DNA from: Chitinophagaceae bacterium
Lineage (GTDB): Bacteria > Bacteroidota > Bacteroidia > Chitinophagales > REEL01
Direction: 5' to 3'
Assembly (NCBI GenBank): GCA_007695095.1
Contig: REEL01000088.1
Location: 44,551 to 108,550 of the forward strand
Length of the DNA stretch: 64,000 nucleotides
Numbering within the stretch: the first letter of the stretch is position 1; the number at the start of each line of letters is the position of its first letter. Of the stretch, positions 53,466 through 63,361 are shown in pieces. The notes beneath the pieces are model-generated. The model searched no databases and was not told the DNA's origin. It saw only the letters and a list, made by a program, of their open reading frames with translations. Made by a program: the position numbers and the translations under genes.

Positions 53466-54062
53466 TTAATCAGATTTTTTAAAGCTTTTTAAAAATTCAT
53501 TTAGTGAATTGAAAGCAACAGCCCTATGGCTGAGTTTCTTTTTAATTTCGTCACCTAATTCGGCAAAAGTATTATTATAACCTTTGGGGATAAATACAGG
53601 ATCATAGCCAAATCCTCTTGTACCTTTTGGTTCAGTTGAAATTTTACCGTCAATTACACCTTCAAATTGCATTTTAGTATCATCATTTGCAATAAAAGTA
53701 AGCACTGTTCTGAATCTCGCCGTTCGGTCAGAAAACTGTTCCAACTTCTTTAATAATTTATTAATATTTTCATTGTCAGAAGCATTTTGACCGGCATACC
53801 TGGCTGAAAAAACACCCGGCTCACCTAGCAAAGCTTTCACTTCCAATCCCGTATCTTCGGCAATTACTGATTTGCCGAAAATCTCAAAAACTGTCATGGC
53901 TTTAGTTAATGAATTTTCTTCAAGACTAAGAAATGGTTCTTCTATTTCCTTATTATACCCTAAATCTTTCAGTGAAATTAATTTGATGTTTTTTCCTATG
54001 ATTTGATTGGCTTCTTTTACTTTATGAACATTGTGAGTAGCAAAAATTATTTCAACCTTCAT
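53466..54062 (-). CDS. rdgB: Non-canonical purine NTP pyrophosphatase (RdgB/HAM1 family)
   Basis: 198 aa with ATHNVHKVKE, EDTGLEV, GEPGVFSARYAG, RFRTVL, GFGYDPVF and SHRAVA. Confidence 0.92.
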   Translation of the reverse strand: MKVEIIFATHNVHKVKEANQIIGKNIKLISLKDLGYNKEIEEPFLSLEENSLTKAMTVFEIFGKSVIAEDTGLEVKALLGEPGVFSARYAGQNASDNENINKLLKKLEQFSDRTARFRTVLTFIANDDTKMQFEGVIDGKISTEPKGTRGFGYDPVFIPKGYNNTFAELGDEIKKKLSHRAVAFNSLNEFLKSFKKSD

Positions 54063-54543
54063 TATAAAATGTGTTTTTTAAATTTGTCCATAACTTATTT
54101 TTAGCTTGTTTATCATTTTTTAATACTTCCGGACTTAATGATTTGATAAATGTATAATCTTTAAACTTCATCATCAGTCCCTCCCCCATGCTAATGTTTA
54201 ATGCAAGCTCTAAAGTTTGTACTCCAAAAAATATAAAAACTTTTGGATCCGGAAACTTTCTTCTAAATGAAGAGAATTGAATATCCGGGTATTTTTTTAA
54301 ATTAATAACAAAATAGTTTTTGTTTTCAAGCTGTACACTATTCATTATTTTTTCAATAAATGAAAGCATTTCTGAATCCAGCAATATGTCATCTATTTTA
54401 ACAAATATTATTACTTTAGTATCTTTATCCATGTTGAAGTCAATTTCTGATAAACTTCTCGGAGATTGTAAATCTTCTCTTATAAGTAGCTTTTGACCAT
54501 CTAAAAAAAAATTAAAAAATTTCTTATCTTCGGGAAACTGCAT
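54052..54543 (-). CDS. Hypothetical protein, translationally coupled to rdgB
   Basis: 163 aa. Its stop overlaps the rdgB start by 11 nt. No family recognised with confidence. The C-terminus KQAKNKLWTNLK faintly recalls the tails of DNA polymerase III psi-like proteins. Confidence 0.6.
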   Translation of the reverse strand: MQFPEDKKFFNFFLDGQKLLIREDLQSPRSLSEIDFNMDKDTKVIIFVKIDDILLDSEMLSFIEKIMNSVQLENKNYFVINLKKYPDIQFSSFRRKFPDPKVFIFFGVQTLELALNISMGEGLMMKFKDYTFIKSLSPEVLKNDKQAKNKLWTNLKNTFYNEG

Positions 54544-54573
54544 ATTTTAAATTAATTTGTAGTTGTAGAATGA

Positions 54574-55713
54574 ATGCTGCTTAGGTGTAAAGTTACGTTA
54601 ATTTTAAAAATACAACTTATGATAAATACAATTACTATCGATAAAGCAAGAAAGAGTAAAATTGCTGAAGTAGATTTTAACAATATTCCATTTGGGAGAA
54701 TTTTTAGTGACCATATGTTTATTACTGAGTATGAAAAAGGTGAATGGAAAAACCCGAGAATTATACCTTTTCAAAACTTAAACACACATCCTGCTATTTC
54801 TGCTTTACACTATGGTCAGTCGATATTTGAAGGCCTCAAAGCTTATAAAAACTTAAATGGTGTTCCGGTACTTTTCAGACCGGAAAAAAACATTGACCGG
54901 ATGAATAAATCTGCAGAAAGAATGGCAATGCCTGAGATACCAAAAGATTTATTCAACAAAGGTCTTGAGGAATTAATTAAACTAGATCACGAATGGATAC
55001 CAACCCTCGATGGCAGCTCACTTTATATAAGGCCATTCATGTTCGCAACTGATGAATATGTGGGTATCAAGCCCTCCGACAAATACACTTTCATTATTTT
55101 CACCTGTCCTGTTGGCCCATACTATTCGGCCCCGGTGAAAGTAAAAGTTGCAGATAAGTATGTAAGAGCTATTCCCGGGGGTGTCGGTACAGCTAAGGTT
55201 GCCGGAAATTATGCAGCTACCATGAAAGGCGTTCAGGAAGCCAGGCAAGAAGGTTATGACCAGATTTTATGGATGGACGGTTTTGAATTTAAGTATATCC
55301 ATGAAATTGGTACCATGAATGTTTTTTTTCAAATTGGTGATAAAGTTATAACCCCCGGTTTAGATGAGGGCACTATACTTGAAGGCATTACAAGAGACTC
55401 CGTTATAACCCTACTAAAATCAGAAGGTTATCATGTTGAAGAGAGGAAAGTTGAAATAAAGGAGATTATCCAAGCCCATGAAAACGGAACTTTAAAAGAT
55501 GTATTCGGTACAGGAACAGCCGCTACTATTTCTCAAATTTCACATATGGGTTATAAAGGGAAAGAACTGGAACTTAGAGCACCTGAGAAAAGGGAATTGT
55601 CAAATTATCTTCAAAAGCTAATGAATGATATTAAACTGGGCAGGGTTGAGGATAAATTCAACTGGCTCCATGCCATACCTATAAATGCTGAAATTAACGC
55701 AACAGAAGAATAA
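54574..55713 (+). CDS. ilvE: Branched-chain amino acid aminotransferase; likely start ATG 54619
   Basis: Class IV aminotransferase motifs YGQSIFEGLKAY, LFRPEKNIDRM, YIRPFMF, AKVAGNYA, NVFF, ILEGITR and FGTGTAA. Confidence 0.94.
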   Translation: MLLRCKVTLILKIQLMINTITIDKARKSKIAEVDFNNIPFGRIFSDHMFITEYEKGEWKNPRIIPFQNLNTHPAISALHYGQSIFEGLKAYKNLNGVPVLFRPEKNIDRMNKSAERMAMPEIPKDLFNKGLEELIKLDHEWIPTLDGSSLYIRPFMFATDEYVGIKPSDKYTFIIFTCPVGPYYSAPVKVKVADKYVRAIPGGVGTAKVAGNYAATMKGVQEARQEGYDQILWMDGFEFKYIHEIGTMNVFFQIGDKVITPGLDEGTILEGITRDSVITLLKSEGYHVEERKVEIKEIIQAHENGTLKDVFGTGTAATISQISHMGYKGKELELRAPEKRELSNYLQKLMNDIKLGRVEDKFNWLHAIPINAEINATEE

Positions 55714-55754
55714 AAAAAGAAGGGTTGAAACTAAGTTTCAACCCTTCTTTTTTT
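55712..55754. terminator. Bidirectional rho-independent terminator between ilvE and lon
   Basis: 13-bp perfect stem GAAGGGTTGAAAC (55719-55731) / GTTTCAACCCTTC (55735-55747) with loop TAA. It is flanked by an A-run and a T-run. Confidence 0.88.
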
Positions 55755-58152
55755 AAGTCAACACATCACTCAAAACATCCATCATTGTTTTCTTGTAAAC
55801 TATATTTAAACCTTTGATGTATTCTTTATTGATTTCATCTACATCTTTTTGGTTTTTATCACAGAGATAAATTTCAGATAAACCGGCCCTCTTTGCTGCC
55901 AGAATTTTTTCTTTAATACCTCCCACCGGAAGTAATTTACCTCTTAAAGTAATTTCTCCACTCATGGCAATCCCCTTTTTAATAGGCTTACCAGAAAAAA
56001 CAGAAGCCAGAGCTGCCAATATAGTGATCCCCGCTGAAGGACCGTCTTTGGGAATAGCTCCTTCGGGTACGTGAATGTGAATTTTATGATTTTCAAATGT
56101 TTCCGGAGAAATTCCAAATTTTTCGGCATTTGATTTTATGAAACTTAAAGCAATGGATGCTGATTCTTTCATTACATTTCCTAAATTTCCGGTAAGTGTC
56201 AGGCTTTCTTTGCCTTTGCTTAAAGAGCTCTCAATAAAAAGTATATCTCCACCGGTTTGTGTCCATGCTAACCCAACTGCAACCCCTTTTGGTAAAGCTT
56301 CATTGTACTGAGTCGGGTCCATAGTAGCTACACCCAGAATCTCTATGGCCATAGGTTTTGAAATAGTAACCGTGCTTTTTTCACCGGAAGCAATTAATTT
56401 TGCTGCTCTTCTCATCAATGCAGCAATTTTTCTCTCCAGCTCTCTTACTCCACTTTCTCTGGTATAACGCTCAATCACATAAGCCAATGCAGTATCTCCG
56501 ATTTTAAACTGTTTTGATTTTAATCCATGCTGAGACCTTAGTTTCGGAATTAAATGCTTTTTAGCAATTTCAGCCTTTTCTTCAATAGAATATCCACTCA
56601 GCCAAATAATTTCCATCCTGTCTCTCAGAGCAGGTTGTATGGAGTTTATATTATTAGCTGTAGCAATAAACAAAACTTTAGACAGGTCGTATTCCAACTC
56701 CAAATAATTATCATAAAAAGTTTCATTTTGCTCGGGATCCAAAACCTCAAGTAAAGCTGAAGAAGGATCTCCTCTAAAGTCAGCACCAATTTTGTCAACT
56801 TCATCCAATACAAAAACCGGATTTGAAGCATCTGCCTTTTTAATAGACTGAAGGATTCTTCCGGGCATTGCCCCTATATAAGTTTTTCTATGACCGCGAA
56901 TTTCAGATTCATCGTGTAATCCGCCCAATGACATTCTTATATACTTTCGATTCAACGCTGATGCAATTGATTTCCCTAATGAAGTTTTACCAACTCCGGG
57001 AGGGCCTACAAAACAAAGTATAGGAGATTTCATATCTCCCTTTAATTTAAGCACCGCTAAATATTCTATAATTCGTTCTTTAATCTTTTCAAGCCCGTGA
57101 TGATCTCTGTCTAATACTTTCTGTGCATTAGTTAAATCAAAATTATCCTGTGTATATTTTTTCCACGGCAAATCAAGTAAAAGCTCCAGATAGTTTAATA
57201 CTAAGCCGTAATCAGCCGCTGCCGGATTAGTTCTTTGTAGTCGCTCTACGTCTTTATTAAAAGCTTTTAAAACTGCCTCAGGCCATTTTTTCTTGGATGC
57301 TTTAAGCTTTAATTCCTTTATTTCTTTATCATGACTACTTCCACCTAATTCTTCCTGAATAGTTTTCAGCTGTTGGTTTAAAAAATAATCTTTTTGCTGC
57401 TTTTCTATGTCAGTTTGTACTTTGTTTTGAATTTTAACCTTAAGCTCAATCATTTGAAGCTCATTATTTAGAAACTCAAGCACATATTCTGCTCTCCTGG
57501 TTAAGTCATTTTCTTCCAGTATCGTTTGCTTATCTTTTAATCCACTCCCCAGATTTGAAGAGATAAAATGTAAAAGGAATAAGGGACTATCCATATTTTT
57601 TAATACAAAAGAAGCCTCCGAAGGGATATTCGGTGAAAGCTTTATTATCTTTTGAGCTAAGTCTTTAATGGATGAAATAATTGCAGAAAATTCAGCTTTA
57701 TTTTTAGGCTTTATGTCCTCAATCAACTCACATTTTGCCATTAAGAAAGGCTCTTCAGATACCAGCGCTTTTGTCTTTAAACGCTTTCTTCCCTGAATCA
57801 CAATAGTAGAACTGCCATCAGGCATTTTTAACATTTTTATGATACGGGCTACCGTTCCGACAGAATTTAAATCTGCATATTCCGGATCCTCTACACTGTC
57901 ATCCTTCTGAGAAACAACACCAATAATCTTGTCCTTTTTATAAGCATGCTTAACTGCTTTCAACGATTTATCTCTGCCAACTGTTATTGGTAAAATAACT
58001 CCGGGAAACAAAACCGTATTCTTCAGAGGCAATATGGGTAAATCTTCAGGGATTTTATCTTTGTTAATATCATCTTCTTCTTCCAAAGACAACATCGGCA
58101 TAAACTCTACATCATCATCTATCAACTGCGAAAAAAAAGAGTCGTCTTTCAT
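55753..58152 (-). CDS. lon: ATP-dependent Lon protease
   Basis: 799 aa. LON N-domain, Walker [10 protein letters not shown], Walker [10 protein letters not shown] and protease domain with [10 protein letters not shown]. Confidence 0.97.
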   Translation of the reverse strand: MKDDSFFSQLIDDDVEFMPMLSLEEEDDINKDKIPEDLPILPLKNTVLFPGVILPITVGRDKSLKAVKHAYKKDKIIGVVSQKDDSVEDPEYADLNSVGTVARIIKMLKMPDGSSTIVIQGRKRLKTKALVSEEPFLMAKCELIEDIKPKNKAEFSAIISSIKDLAQKIIKLSPNIPSEASFVLKNMDSPLFLLHFISSNLGSGLKDKQTILEENDLTRRAEYVLEFLNNELQMIELKVKIQNKVQTDIEKQQKDYFLNQQLKTIQEELGGSSHDKEIKELKLKASKKKWPEAVLKAFNKDVERLQRTNPAAADYGLVLNYLELLLDLPWKKYTQDNFDLTNAQKVLDRDHHGLEKIKERIIEYLAVLKLKGDMKSPILCFVGPPGVGKTSLGKSIASALNRKYIRMSLGGLHDESEIRGHRKTYIGAMPGRILQSIKKADASNPVFVLDEVDKIGADFRGDPSSALLEVLDPEQNETFYDNYLELEYDLSKVLFIATANNINSIQPALRDRMEIIWLSGYSIEEKAEIAKKHLIPKLRSQHGLKSKQFKIGDTALAYVIERYTRESGVRELERKIAALMRRAAKLIASGEKSTVTISKPMAIEILGVATMDPTQYNEALPKGVAVGLAWTQTGGDILFIESSLSKGKESLTLTGNLGNVMKESASIALSFIKSNAEKFGISPETFENHKIHIHVPEGAIPKDGPSAGITILAALASVFSGKPIKKGIAMSGEITLRGKLLPVGGIKEKILAAKRAGLSEIYLCDKNQKDVDEINKEYIKGLNIVYKKTMMDVLSDVLT

Positions 58153-58363
58153 ATTTTATTTTATTTTTTAAAATTTACATTAAAAACTGTTCAACATATA
58201 TGCCAAAACTAAGTAAAGCCATATTAACAGTCTATATTAAATAAATGGTCATTATTATTGCAAAATTTACTTCAAAATATAGGTTTACAGGCTATTAATT
58301 ATGCTTTATTGACACATCAGCCAAAATGTCAGTATCAGACTAATAACAAATTGAATAAAAAAT

Positions 58364-58759
58364 TTAATCTTCAATTTCTATATCATCTTCTATTTCCTCA
58401 TCAACTTTAAGCTTTCTGGCAGACAATTCTGCATCTTTTAGACTTAATTCCTGAATGACATATTGATATAGCTCATCCAGCTCATCAATTTTGTTGTAAA
58501 TATAATATTCAAAACTATTAAAAAAATCAGCAGCTTCTATTTCATGCTTTTCAAAAATATACAAATAGGCTTCATGCATATGAATTTTCACTGAGTCAGG
58601 ATGATCAAACTTATGCTGGGCAGCAGCTTCTTCTATATGAATATCAACCAATACCTCCTGCATCTTATCAGCCGGCAACAATTTAAAATCATTGGAGTAA
58701 AAATTGCAGGAACTTAAAGAAACAATCAATAGAGAGATAAAAAAAAACTTATGATACAT
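58364..58759 (-). CDS. Small lipoprotein, DUF4296-like
   Basis: 131 aa. Lipobox LSSC. LLPADKMQEVLVDIHIEEAAAQ resembles the DUF4296 signature as I remember it. Acidic C-terminal tail. Confidence 0.55.
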   Translation of the reverse strand: MYHKFFFISLLIVSLSSCNFYSNDFKLLPADKMQEVLVDIHIEEAAAQHKFDHPDSVKIHMHEAYLYIFEKHEIEAADFFNSFEYYIYNKIDELDELYQYVIQELSLKDAELSARKLKVDEEIEDDIEIED

Positions 58760-58828
58760 TTAAATTGAAGTTTGAAGTTCTCAAAATTAAACTTTTATTT
58801 TGCTCACTTATTATAATTTGTAAAAAAC

Positions 58829-59497
58829 ATGCCGGAACTGGAAAATTTAAAAAAATTAGTAAAAGAAACCCAAGAAAAAAAAATAAAACTTGTAGCTGTT
58901 TCTAAAACCAAATCGGAAGAAGAAATAATGGAAGTCTATAAAACGGGACATCTTCATTTTGGTGAAAATAAAGCAATAGAGCTGAAAAATAAGGCTGAAA
59001 AGCTGCCAAAAGACATTGAATGGCACTTTATTGGAAACTTACAAAGTAATAAAGTGAAATTTGTAGTTCCTCACGTCTCATGGATACACAGCATTGACAG
59101 ACCAAAGATTATTAAAGCTATAAATAAAGAAGCGCAAAAAGCGGATAAAAAAATTAAAGTTTTGCTTCAAATATATATTGCTGATGAAGAATCAAAAATA
59201 GGATTTTCAATGGAGGAACTTAAAAATTGGTTAAAAGGTGGCGATTATCAAAATTTAAAAAATGTAGAGATATGCGGTGTTATGGGGATGGCAACTTTTA
59301 CAGATGACACTCATCAAATTAAACAGGAATTTTCCCTTTTAAAAGAATATTTTGACCAATTGAAAGCCGGCTATTTTTCTGATAATCAAAATTTCAAAGA
59401 AATTTCAATGGGTATGACAGGTGATTATAAAATTGCTGTTGAATGTGGCAGCACTATGCTTCGTATTGGGAGTCTCATTTTTGGCGAAAGAAATTAG
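58829..59497 (+). CDS. YggS-family pyridoxal-phosphate homeostasis protein
   Basis: 222 aa with LVAVSKTK (PLP lysine), FGENKAIEL, WHFIGNLQSNK, MGMATF, SMGMTGDY and LRIGSLIFG. Confidence 0.92.
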   Translation: MPELENLKKLVKETQEKKIKLVAVSKTKSEEEIMEVYKTGHLHFGENKAIELKNKAEKLPKDIEWHFIGNLQSNKVKFVVPHVSWIHSIDRPKIIKAINKEAQKADKKIKVLLQIYIADEESKIGFSMEELKNWLKGGDYQNLKNVEICGVMGMATFTDDTHQIKQEFSLLKEYFDQLKAGYFSDNQNFKEISMGMTGDYKIAVECGSTMLRIGSLIFGERN

Positions 59498-59563
59498 GTT
59501 TGTCAAATTACTATTCTATTTTTATTTTAAAAAAAACATTACTTTTATATCAAAACCTAACTT

Positions 59564-60697
59564 ATGAAGTTTTTAACAACTCTCTCAATACTAATTATTT
59601 CTGTGATTTTTTTACATGCTCAAACAAGTTTAGATAAGAGCCTTGAGCACAATCAAATCAACCGTACATATTCAATTTACATACCTGCGACTTATGACGG
59701 AATCGAGGCCGTTCCCTTGGTTTTTAATCTCCATGGTTACACTTCTAACAGCGCTCAACAGGAGCTATATACAAACTTTAAGCCGATAGCCGATACCGCA
59801 AACTTCATCTTAGTGCATCCAAATGGCACATCTGAATCCGGTGCTCAATTTTGGAATGTCGGTTTTTTTCCGTCAAATGTTGATGATGTTGGATTTTTAG
59901 AAACATTGATTGATACCATCTCTGAAAATTATAATATTGATCTCGACAGAGTATTTTCTACAGGCATGTCAAATGGTGGGTTTATGAGCTATTTATTAGC
60001 CTGTGAAAGTGATAGATTTACGGCTGTAGCATCAGTTACAGGCTCTATGACTCAGCTTAATTATGATAACTGCAACACGGTTAAACCTATACCTGCTATG
60101 CAGATACACGGAACCAATGACCCCACTGTTCCTTATGAGGGTACTCAGCAATTTTTGCATGTAGACAGTGTCGTCTCATTTTGGGTAAACCATAATAATT
60201 GCGATGATGAACCTGTGATAATTGATATAGATAATATTTCTCCTAACGATGGCACTAACACAATCCACTACACTTATTCAGGTGGTGATGAAGGGAGCAG
60301 TGTAGAGCTTTATAAGGTTATTAATGGCGGTCACACATGGCCGGGCGCTCCTTTTAGCATAGGACCAACTTCACAGGATTTTAATGCCAGCAAAGTTATT
60401 TGGGAGTTTTTTAGTAAATACCCTAAAACGGTTTCATCAACAAATACAATTAGCAACCAATCTAAAGATTTACAAATAAATGTATTTCCAAATCCTGCAA
60501 GAGAAATATTGAATATTGAAAAAAAGAATGATTCACAGGCTTATGCACAAATCTTTAATGCAAAAGGCCAAAAAGTAACAGAAACTTTTTTTGAATACTC
60601 AACTCAATTAGATATCAGTAAACTTCCGGAAGGGATTTATATGCTGTTAATTCAGTCAGATGAAATTGTAATCAGCAAGAAAATACTCGTTCAATAA
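59564..60697 (+). CDS. Secreted PHB-depolymerase-family esterase (LpqC-like) with T9SS type A sorting domain
   Basis: 377 aa. PLVFNLHGY, nucleophile elbow GMSNGGFMS, IHGTNDPTVPY and GGHTWPG. C-terminus VFPNPAREILNIE...GIYMLLIQSDEIVISKKILVQ. Confidence 0.85.
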   Translation: MKFLTTLSILIISVIFLHAQTSLDKSLEHNQINRTYSIYIPATYDGIEAVPLVFNLHGYTSNSAQQELYTNFKPIADTANFILVHPNGTSESGAQFWNVGFFPSNVDDVGFLETLIDTISENYNIDLDRVFSTGMSNGGFMSYLLACESDRFTAVASVTGSMTQLNYDNCNTVKPIPAMQIHGTNDPTVPYEGTQQFLHVDSVVSFWVNHNNCDDEPVIIDIDNISPNDGTNTIHYTYSGGDEGSSVELYKVINGGHTWPGAPFSIGPTSQDFNASKVIWEFFSKYPKTVSSTNTISNQSKDLQINVFPNPAREILNIEKKNDSQAYAQIFNAKGQKVTETFFEYSTQLDISKLPEGIYMLLIQSDEIVISKKILVQ

Positions 60698-60743
60698 TTT
60701 TCTTAAAATCAGAGGTTAGATAAAAGATTGGTATCAAAAAAAA

Positions 60744-60789
60744 AATCAGAAAGTAAAACGCTGCTTTTGCATTGTCTATCTTTCTGATT
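60744..60789. terminator. Candidate bidirectional terminator between the esterase gene and the tRNA operon
   Basis: 10-bp stem AATCAGAAAG (60744-60753) / CTTTCTGATT (60780-60789). It is flanked by an A-run upstream and TT downstream. The 26-nt loop is large, so confidence is moderate. Confidence 0.5.
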
Positions 60790-60792
60790 TTG

Positions 60793-60878
60793 TACCCGGG
60801 GCGGGACTTGAACCCGCACGGCCATTGCTGGCCACAGGATTTTAAGTCCTGCGTGTCTACCAATTCCACCACCCGGGC
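60793..60878 (-). tRNA. tRNA-Leu (anticodon TAA), class II with long variable arm
   Basis: The reverse complement folds by hand. Acceptor GCCCGGG/CCCGGGT, anticodon stem CAGGA/TCCTG with loop CTTAAAA, variable arm GGCCAGCAATGGCC and T-arm GCGGG-TTCAAGT-CCCGC. No encoded CCA. Confidence 0.93.
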
Positions 60879-60908
60879 ATCTTTATTACAAAGCGTAATA
60901 AAAATGAG

Positions 60909-60981
60909 AGCGAAAGACGGGATTCGAACCCGCGACCCCAACCTTGGCAAGGTTGTGCTCTACCAGCTGAGCTACTTTCGC
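60909..60981 (-). tRNA. tRNA-Gly (anticodon GCC)
   Basis: The reverse complement is GCGAAAGTAGCTCAGCTGGTAGAGCACAACCTTGCCAAGGTTGGGGTCGCGGGTTCGAATCCCGTCTTTCGCT. It forms a canonical cloverleaf with anticodon loop TTGCCAA. Confidence 0.95.
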
Positions 60982-60999
60982 TTATGGCCTTAGCGGTGG

Positions 61000-61028
61000 C
61001 AAATATACAACTATTTATCTTTTACAAA
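61000..61028 (-). promoter_or_regulatory. Candidate promoter of the tRNA-Gly/tRNA-Leu operon (-33 TTTG and -7 TATATTTG)
   Basis: On the minus strand TATATTTG (61007->61000) ends 18 nt upstream of the tRNA-Gly 5' end. TTTG (61028->61025) lies 17 nt further upstream. Confidence 0.55.
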
Positions 61029-61598
61029 AATAATTTTTTCTTCTTTTTAAAGAAAGATTTAAGATACTGTATTCATAAGTCTTCCCGCTTAAAACATTTG
61101 CTGAAAGTTTAAATATATGCTAATTTCATTCCGGTCTGCGGAGTGATAGGTATTTTCAAGATATTTGTATGCGAAGTAATAAAAATCCTGAGAACTCAAT
61201 TACTTTATATTTTTCGGATAATTTTCAAAGGGATACCTCAAACGCAATATGATAAATAGAAACAAGCGAAAAGCATAACTGTAAAGGCATTTACTTAAAA
61301 GATTGATAAGCTTTTAACAGAACTTCAGACCCTGAATTCCGCTTAGAATAAGACATGAATTGATAGCAAATGTTGTAAGTATTTAGAGATGTAGTCTTAT
61401 TTGGTCTAAAATATTAAAAAACCCTTTTGAAGAGTTTAATGTTTATTAGATAACTTTGAGTGTTACCTTAGTCCAAAATAAAGATCTGGGCTTGTGGATA
61501 TAAATATTGAGACGAAAAATCGAATTCCATGACCTTCTTACTATTTTTACAAAAATATATGTAAGAAAGGAATCGTTGAGTTAAAGTAAAATCAAAAA

Positions 61599-62516
61599 AT
61601 GACAGAAAAATTTGTAAAACTACAAGACTTACACCAGTTTGACAACCTTGAATTATTAGCAAAACAGGTTGTTGAAGGCTTTATAATTGGGTTACATAAA
61701 AGTCCGTATCACGGATTTTCAGTTGAGTTTGCTGAACACAGGCTTTATAATCCCGGTGATCCTATTAAAAATATCGACTGGAAAGTGTTTGCCCGCACAA
61801 ATCGATACTATGTTAAGAAGTATGAGGAAGAAACGAATTTACGATGCCAACTTATTATCGATGCATCCTCGTCTATGTTTTATCCGGAAAACAGTCCTGT
61901 AAATAAAATCAAATTTTCTATTTTGTCTGCAGCATCTATCATGCATATGCTCAAAAAACAAAGAGATGCTTTTGGATTAAGTATCTTTTCAGATAAAATC
62001 GAAACGAATTATGCTCCGAAGTCTACGAATGTTCATCATAAACTATTACTAAGCAATTTAACAAATCTGGCTGAACAAAGCCCAAGAGGGAAAAAGACAA
62101 AGGCAGCTGAAAATATACATATTCTTGCTGAAAGTATTCACCGCAGAAGCTTGGTTATACTGTTCAGTGATATGATGGAGAACACTGCTGAACAGGAAGA
62201 AATTTTTTCTGCTTTGCAGCACTTAAAATATAACAAACATGAGGTGATTGTATTTCACGTTGTAGATAAAGCTGCTGAAATTGACTTTGAATTTGAAAAC
62301 AGACCTTATGTCTTTGTAGATATGGAATCCGGTGAAAAAGTTAAACTTCGCTCAAATGAAGTAAAAAAATTCTATACCGAACAAGCTGAGAAATTTAAAC
62401 GGTCATTGATGTTAAAATGTGGACAGTTTAATATTGATTTTATAGAGGCTGATATCAATAAAGATTTCAAACAAATCTTACTTCCTTTTTTATTGAAAAG
62501 AGCTAAAATGCAATAA
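61599..62516 (+). CDS. DUF58-domain protein (vWA-like, normally MoxR-associated)
   Basis: 305 aa. The signature GLHKSPYHGFSVEFAEHRLYNPGDPIKNIDWKVFART is followed by IIDASSSM (vWA-like MIDAS region). Confidence 0.88.
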   Translation: MTEKFVKLQDLHQFDNLELLAKQVVEGFIIGLHKSPYHGFSVEFAEHRLYNPGDPIKNIDWKVFARTNRYYVKKYEEETNLRCQLIIDASSSMFYPENSPVNKIKFSILSAASIMHMLKKQRDAFGLSIFSDKIETNYAPKSTNVHHKLLLSNLTNLAEQSPRGKKTKAAENIHILAESIHRRSLVILFSDMMENTAEQEEIFSALQHLKYNKHEVIVFHVVDKAAEIDFEFENRPYVFVDMESGEKVKLRSNEVKKFYTEQAEKFKRSLMLKCGQFNIDFIEADINKDFKQILLPFLLKRAKMQ

Positions 62517-62521
62517 ATCTA

Positions 62522-63361
62522 ATGATAGTATTTCCAAATGCTAAAATTAATCTGGGTCTCTTTATCACTGAAAAACGTCCGGATGGTTTCCATAATTTAG
62601 AAAGTGTTTTTCTACCGGTAAATTGGTTTGATGTACTGGAAATTATTCCTTCAAAGAAATTTTCTCTTAACGTTAGCGGTAGGGTTATAAACTGTAAGAC
62701 AGAAGATAATCTGATTTTTAAAGCCTGGAATTTATTACAATCTGACTTCGGAATTCAGGCAGTAGAAACTCACTTAATAAAAAACATTCCAATGGGAGCC
62801 GGCTTGGGTGGTGGCTCATCTGATGCAGCTTTTATGTTGAAAGCTTTAAATACCTTATTTGAACTAAATCTGAATGATACCCAATTGGAAAAATATGCCA
62901 CTATGCTGGGAAGTGACTGTCCTTTTTTCATTCGTAATAAAGCTGCTTTAGCATATGACAAAGGAAATAAACTAAAAGAACTAGATTTAAACATTCAGAA
63001 TGAATATACATTAGTAATTATTTGGCCCGAAATTTTTGTAAGTACAAAAGAAGCTTATAGTCAAATTATACCTAAAAAAGCACCGGCTAACTGGACTAAA
63101 GGTTTACAAAATATCGTAAAATGGAAAGAATTTCTAAACAATGATTTTGAAAGTACTGTTTTCAGTTCTCATTCTGAAATTAAAGACTTAAAAGAACAAA
63201 TGTATCAGTCGGGTGCCATTTATGCTTCAATGTCAGGAAGTGGTTCTTCTGTTTTTGGAATTTTTGATAAAAACAGGCAGATTGATAAAAATACTTTTAA
63301 AAATGTACATTCAGAAAATATAAATATAAGCAAGCTAAACTATGGTAGAATTGAATTATAA
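62522..63361 (+). CDS. ispE: 4-(cytidine 5'-diphospho)-2-C-methyl-D-erythritol kinase
   Basis: 279 aa. N-terminus FPNAKINLGL, GHMP-kinase loop IPMGAGLGGGSSDAA, GSDCPFF and MSGSGSSVFG. Confidence 0.93.
   Translation: MIVFPNAKINLGLFITEKRPDGFHNLESVFLPVNWFDVLEIIPSKKFSLNVSGRVINCKTEDNLIFKAWNLLQSDFGIQAVETHLIKNIPMGAGLGGGSSDAAFMLKALNTLFELNLNDTQLEKYATMLGSDCPFFIRNKAALAYDKGNKLKELDLNIQNEYTLVIIWPEIFVSTKEAYSQIIPKKAPANWTKGLQNIVKWKEFLNNDFESTVFSSHSEIKDLKEQMYQSGAIYASMSGSGSSVFGIFDKNRQIDKNTFKNVHSENINISKLNYGRIEL

Noticed and set aside
60672-60993. Two track ORFs (92 aa minus strand, 73 aa plus strand)
   Set aside because: Both are read straight through the tRNA-Leu and tRNA-Gly genes, whose cloverleaves fold cleanly. 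They are spurious.
60698-61598. Integrated mobile element at the tRNA-Leu/tRNA-Gly locus
   Set aside because: No integrase, no duplicated tRNA 3' fragment that I could spot by eye, and no phage or transposon genes on either side.
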